A DNA stretch of 26,307 nt from contig CBFFSA010000075.1 in the NCBI GenBank assembly GCA_965644495.1, forward strand, positions 1-26,307, in the 5' to 3' direction. This document shows, piece by piece, positions 21,824-26,307 of this stretch. A program made the translations under genes and the position numbers. Every line of letters begins with the position of its first letter. Within the stretch, counting starts at the first letter, position 1. The notes beneath the pieces were generated by a model. It ran no database searches and was not told where the DNA came from. It saw only the letters and a list, made by a program, of their open reading frames with translations. The DNA is from Perkinsela sp. CCAP 1560/9 (taxonomy: Eukaryota > Protista > Euglenozoa: Kinetoplastea).

Positions 21824-21933
21824 GCGAGGAGTAAAACGATGGGGGTCCCTCCTCCACCCCCATTTTCCTACGTGAGTCTGTGGAAGACCACGAACCGAAA
21901 TATTGAAATAAATATTTGCAAAAAGGAAAAAAA

Positions 21934-21951
21934 GGAAAAAAATCAGCGCCA
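21934..21951 (+). repeat. Right target-site duplication GGAAAAAAATCAGCGCCA (18 bp)
   Basis: Identical to 16118-16135. Confidence 0.9.
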
Positions 21952-22146
21952 AAAAGCCCCCAAAAAAAAAACAAAAGAAAAACTCACCTCCTTTTTTTAG
22001 TCCCTCTTTTCTCTCTCTTTCTTCTCCCAGAAATTGGGGTTTGATTGTCCTCTCTCTCTCTTTGTTTATTTAACTTTTTGCCAACCCCAAGCGGGATCTT
22101 TCTCTTGACCCTTTTTCCTCTCTTTCTCACCACACACACAAGATTA

Positions 22147-24560
22147 ATGGAAGACAACAAAAGAGTCAAACCTCCACTTCCCCCTCCCATTCCGCCCCCT
22201 ATTCCACCACCACTCCCAGCGGAAGAGCAAAACGCGTTGGATCGCCGACCTTCACCAATCCCACCACCCCTTCCAGCTCCTCCCCCACCAATAACATCCT
22301 CCTCTTCTCAGATAGACCACCGTGATCCACGAGAAAGAGTCTCCCCTCTCCCTCTGAGTTTAGTAAAAGTGAAGGAGATTGAAGAAGGAACTCCTGAGTT
22401 GCGAAGAGAGGTTACTCGAACTCATTCTGTGGACTCTAAGCATAAAAAAAAGAGATCAAAGAGTGGGAATTTCTCTGCAAAAGAGACAGAGAAAATGAAA
22501 CAGCAATTTGATCTTTTAGACGAGAAAGAGAAAAAGAAAAAGAAGAAAGAAGACAAGAGCGCGAGTGCAACATCACTGGGTGATTATCCACCCGGACCAC
22601 CTTGTACAATGTCTTCAGATCAAGTTACTGATCTCAATCGCAAAAAACGTCATTTATCTTCTCGCAGTACTATCCAACAGAAGAACACTTCAAAGGTTTT
22701 TTGATTTCTTCCTTCTTCTTCTCAAAGAAATGAGTTTCTTTTTTTTTTATTATTATTTCTCCATTTGAAAGATATGATCATTTTTAAAAAAATTCTTTGG
22801 AGTTAATTTTTGTTTATTTTTTTAACCTGAAAAAATGCAGATACAAGTCTCAAAACTCTCTGGGACGGACAAAACGAGATCCCCGGTCGATAGAAAACAC
22901 TCAGAAGCCGAGAAGAAAGAAAAGAAGCCAAAAGCCCCAAATTCAGATCGTGGAGAACGTCGTGAAGAAAGATGTGAAGAAAAAAGTGAAGAAAAACAAC
23001 GCCGCCTTGCAAAACGAAAAATGAAATCGCAGTCAGCAATGTATGGTTTGTGGCGTCTTGTGCTCTCTTCTCTTTAAAAACAGAAGATATTTTTTAATTT
23101 TGTGTTCCTCACCACAATTTCTTTTGAAGGTCCTGACAACATGAATCGGATGCCTTCTTTCCATTTAATTCCTTCAGCCCGAGTTGGTGGATCAGTTATA
23201 ACAAAAGGAAAACCAGAGAAAGAAGAAGAGAAATCCCCGAGGGAGGGTGCTAAATTTGAAATTGATCAAGAAGTGTTTGCGCAACTTGATTCACGAAGTC
23301 GAAATCGTCTCCGTGTCATTCGTGAAATTTTTGAGACTGAACAAGAATATGCGAATGGTTTTTTTTTTTTCAATTTCTTCTTAGATATTTCTCTTTTCAT
23401 TACTCTTTTCTTTTCTTCTCTCTATCTTTTTTTTTTTACTTTAAAAGGGAATTGATTATTTTTTAGATTTAGATATTATTATCGACCATTTCTTGTTGCC
23501 AATTGGGGATAAGAATCTCTTGAGTCTCACAGATCAGGACGCGGTATTTTCGTGTGTACGAATTATTCGAGGTATCACCCTTGAAATGTTGGATAAACTC
23601 ACTGCATTACTCTCGCAAGATGATGGAGCACGAAAGATTGGAGAGTTCTTTTTGAGTGTAGCGAATATGATCAAGGTTTATGGAGCTTATGTTGGAAATC
23701 AAGACAAAGCACTCGCGACTGTGGAAAAGTATCAAAAAAAAAGCAAACCATTTGCAGTCTACCTTTCGAATATGATGGAAAATCCAATTTGTCGAGGATT
23801 ACCTTTGACAGCTTTTTTAATCAAACCAACTCAAAGAGTCTGTAAATATCCACTTCTTTTGAGAGAACTTTTAAAATCGACTGATGAACAAAGTGAAGAA
23901 TTTGAGACATTGAAACGTGCTTTACAAGGTATGGAACAAACAACTTCTGCTGTCAATGAACGTAAAAGGGAACTTGAGGCACAATCTAATTTGCTCCAGA
24001 TTGCTCAATCTCTCCAGGTTTTTTTTCTTTCTTTTCAGCCCCTTTAAAAAAACGAGTTTTTTTCTTTAAAATTATTTTATTTAAATGCCTCCTACCCAAA
24101 ATAATAGGGATATCAATACAAGTTGATGGTTCCGGGAAGGGTGCTGGTTAAAGAAGGGTTATGTGAGAAAGTGAATGTTCATGGAAAAGCTCAAGTGAGA
24201 AAATTTTGGTTGTTCAATGATTTGGTTGTCTATGCTGCTCCCTCGCCTGTTTCGAGCTACTCTTTTATTTTTAAGGATACCATCCCAATTAATGTTTGTA
24301 TTGCCAGCCCGATTGCTGATCAGAAAGGTTTCTTTTTCTTTTTCTTTTTCTTTCTTTTTCGATTTTCTTGAGATTTTTTTTATTTATTTATTCCCTCCTG
24401 TAACTTCTGACCGCCCTTGCTTTCCTTTTTAGAAACACTGCAACTTACGAGGTTAGACAAAAAAAAGAAGTATTTAGTGAAAACTTCCTCTGAGGAAGAA
24501 AGGAATCGGTGGGTTGAAGCAATCATGCTCCAGAATTCCCTTGCCCGAAAAAGCCAATAG
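22147..24560 (+). CDS. RhoGEF (DH-PH) protein, paralogue B, about 626 aa; join(22147..22695,22841..23045,23130..23357,23467..24017,24108..24327,24433..24560)
   Basis: Same VKPPLPPPIP/RRxSPIPPxLPAP N-terminus and DH and PH motifs as paralogue A. The DH exon (551 nt) and last exon (128 nt) have the same lengths as in A. Five in-phase GT-AG introns. Confidence 0.92.
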
Positions 24561-24909
24561 AAATTTTTTTTTGGGGGAGGTCGATTGACTTGTAAAACAA
24601 ATAAGGACTGAAAGGAATTTTTGTGTGTGTTTTGTGCAAAAAAAAAAAGATTGAAAATTGACAATTCATTTATTTTTGTACAAAAAAGGTTCCTGATGAT
24701 GAAAGAAAAACCACAACTTCACCCCCTCTCAATGAAGGTTGAAGGTTTTCACACACACAACCCACAACACACAATCACTTTTTTAAATCCATTGTCGGGA
24801 TATTTTCTCTCTCCAAAAGAAAGAAATATCTTAATACCCCTCTTCGCATCAAAGTACACCCCCCCCCCCCACCACACCTTGTGGAATCGATTTGTTATTC
24901 TTGCAGAGC

Positions 24910-26307
24910 TTATTCTTCAAAAAAACTAGCAATTTCCAATCCATAAGTGCCTCCTTTAGTAAGAGGGACATTATTGTGTGAACACCCTGTCGCACTAACA
25001 AAATGTGCACATTTACGAAGTCCAACAGCAACTTGTTCTCCAAAAGTCTGTCCAGATCATTGTTTAAGGAATAAAAGAGGAAAAATCACTCATAAAAGAG
25101 GGATCATTTGTCAAAACCTGAGGGACAATGGAATCTGCATCACCATGAATAATCAAAACAGTTTTCTTGGTTTTGCTACAAGTCCCTGATTTTCGAATTG
25201 TTTTCAATGCGTTTGAGTTGTCAAATTTATAATCATCTACAACGAAAAAGAGATGAAAAGAATCGTGAGTGACGACAATGTGTTTTTTGTTTGTCAATAA
25301 AAAAACATTGAGAGAAAAAAGAACCCTTCAATAAATACTTAGTTGGGTAAAACCAATAAAGGTTTTGAGCAAGTTCAACAAGGGAAGGAAAAGGAGCATG
25401 GAGAAGAGATTTTTCTGCATATCCTTCTGCTTGAATTCTCAAGGCCGAAAAAGTTCCTGTTGTTGAAAAGAGAGAAAAGAGAGAAAAGAGAGAAAAAGAA
25501 GCATAAAATAAAATAAAATTGGGATATATTAGAGAGGGGGAGGGGAGGGGAGAAAAAGAAAAATTGAAAAAAACCTAAAGAACTTCCAACAGCCAAAACA
25601 TGAGCAGAAGGTGAATTAATGAGCGAGTTCGCATATCGACCTGCTGAGTCTGCAACTTGATAAAAAGAATGGATACCTTCAAGATTTTTCGAGATCAGTT
25701 TTTTCGTACTCATCATTGACCAAAAAAAAATAAAGAGAGAGAAGAAAGAGAGAAGAGAAAGACCAGGTGACCCAGGAGTTTCGCCATAACCAGGATATTC
25801 TACAGCCAAAGACCGATATCCGTAATCCGAAAATGCGCGAGCTCGAAAACGCAGCGATTGTTCCATCTCTGCATTTCCACCAAAGAATAAAATCACTGTG
25901 AGGAGAAAAAGAAGAGAGTGCAAAAAAAAAAAAGTGTTAAAAACGAAAAACACACTCAAAAAAACAAAAAACAGAAGAACCATCGTCATGAAGAAGGGTT
26001 TTAGGAACAGCATAAAACATTCGAAAAGTGATATTTTCCATTTTCTCATTGATTTCGGAATATGTTATGATTTGAACATCTACTTGATTGTTCTGTTGGT
26101 CTGGCAACCAACTTCCGGGAAAAACAACTCGTTCTAGGATAGAGAGAGAGAAGGGAATAACCTTTTTAACTTGAAGTTGACAAAGGAGATGTGGGGAGAG
26201 GGAAAGAGAAATAACGGACCTTGAAAGACAAAGAGGAAGACCCCACAAGCAACATAAACAAACCAAAGAAATAATAAAATGAATAAAAGAGATCCAAACA
26301 CTCCTGC
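24910..26307 (-). CDS. Alpha/beta-hydrolase of ABHD13/BEM46 type with N-terminal TM helix, 5'-partial; complement(join(24910..25047,25118..25236,25325..25456,25575..25676,25764..25895,25981..26133,26220..>26307))
   Basis: A TM segment then LFVFQE|RVVFPG, V|ILFFGGNAE, VEYPGYGETPGSP, nucleophile GSSLG|T, LHAPFPSL, VLIIHGDADSIVP (Asp) and GCSHNN (His). Six in-phase introns. Confidence 0.9.

Larger units (their letters stand above)
16136..21933 (+). mobile_element. Apparently full-length non-LTR retrotransposon (L1 group; APE-RT-CCHC-RNase H), 5798 bp
   Basis: Bounded by an exact 18-bp direct repeat. It has ORF1 plus an uninterrupted ORF2, no introns, an A/C-rich sense strand distinct from host genes, AATAAA at 21907-21912 and an A-rich tail. 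Confidence 0.93.

Noticed and set aside
16136-21933. LTR retrotransposon, DIRS element or group II intron interpretation
   Set aside because: There are no terminal repeats, integrase, protease or tyrosine recombinase. The N-terminal APE and the TSD indicate a non-LTR element.
17788-21952. Antisense ORFs within the retroelement
   Set aside because: Hydrophobic low-information translations expected from the strong A/C strand bias; no motifs.

Overview
Gene-dense eukaryotic (protist-like) DNA using the standard genetic code, with short T-rich GT-AG introns and intergenic gaps of about 0.25-0.7 kb. An amoebozoan origin is my inference only. Minus strand, left to right: a 3'-truncated ATRX/ARIP4(RAD54L2)-type SNF2 ATPase, an 8-exon CHD6-9-like chromatin remodeller, a 3-exon twin-CX9C Cmc1-family gene and an intronless homeobox gene. 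Plus strand: two paralogous DH-PH RhoGEF genes flanking an intronless bacterial-looking RimJ/RimL GNAT and an apparently full-length 5.8-kb non-LTR retrotransposon (16136-21933) bounded by a perfect 18-bp target-site duplication. The element has a basic orphan ORF1 and an uninterrupted 1582-aa ORF2 (APE endonuclease, RT, CCHC finger, archaeal-type RNase H, basic tail). The window ends in a 5'-truncated ABHD13/BEM46-like hydrolase on the minus strand. Most notable: (i) the RNase H-bearing L1-group element, with a TAA|ATG dual-frame junction, a three-hairpin 3' UTR and a tail that copies its target; (ii) the 24 manually modelled introns use a G|GTTY donor and none has GTA; (iii) a gene-conversion-like mosaic between the RhoGEF paralogues; (iv) a beta-rich insertion in the CHD DNA-binding region; (v) a horizontal-transfer candidate GNAT. 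All exon boundaries are manual predictions without transcript data.
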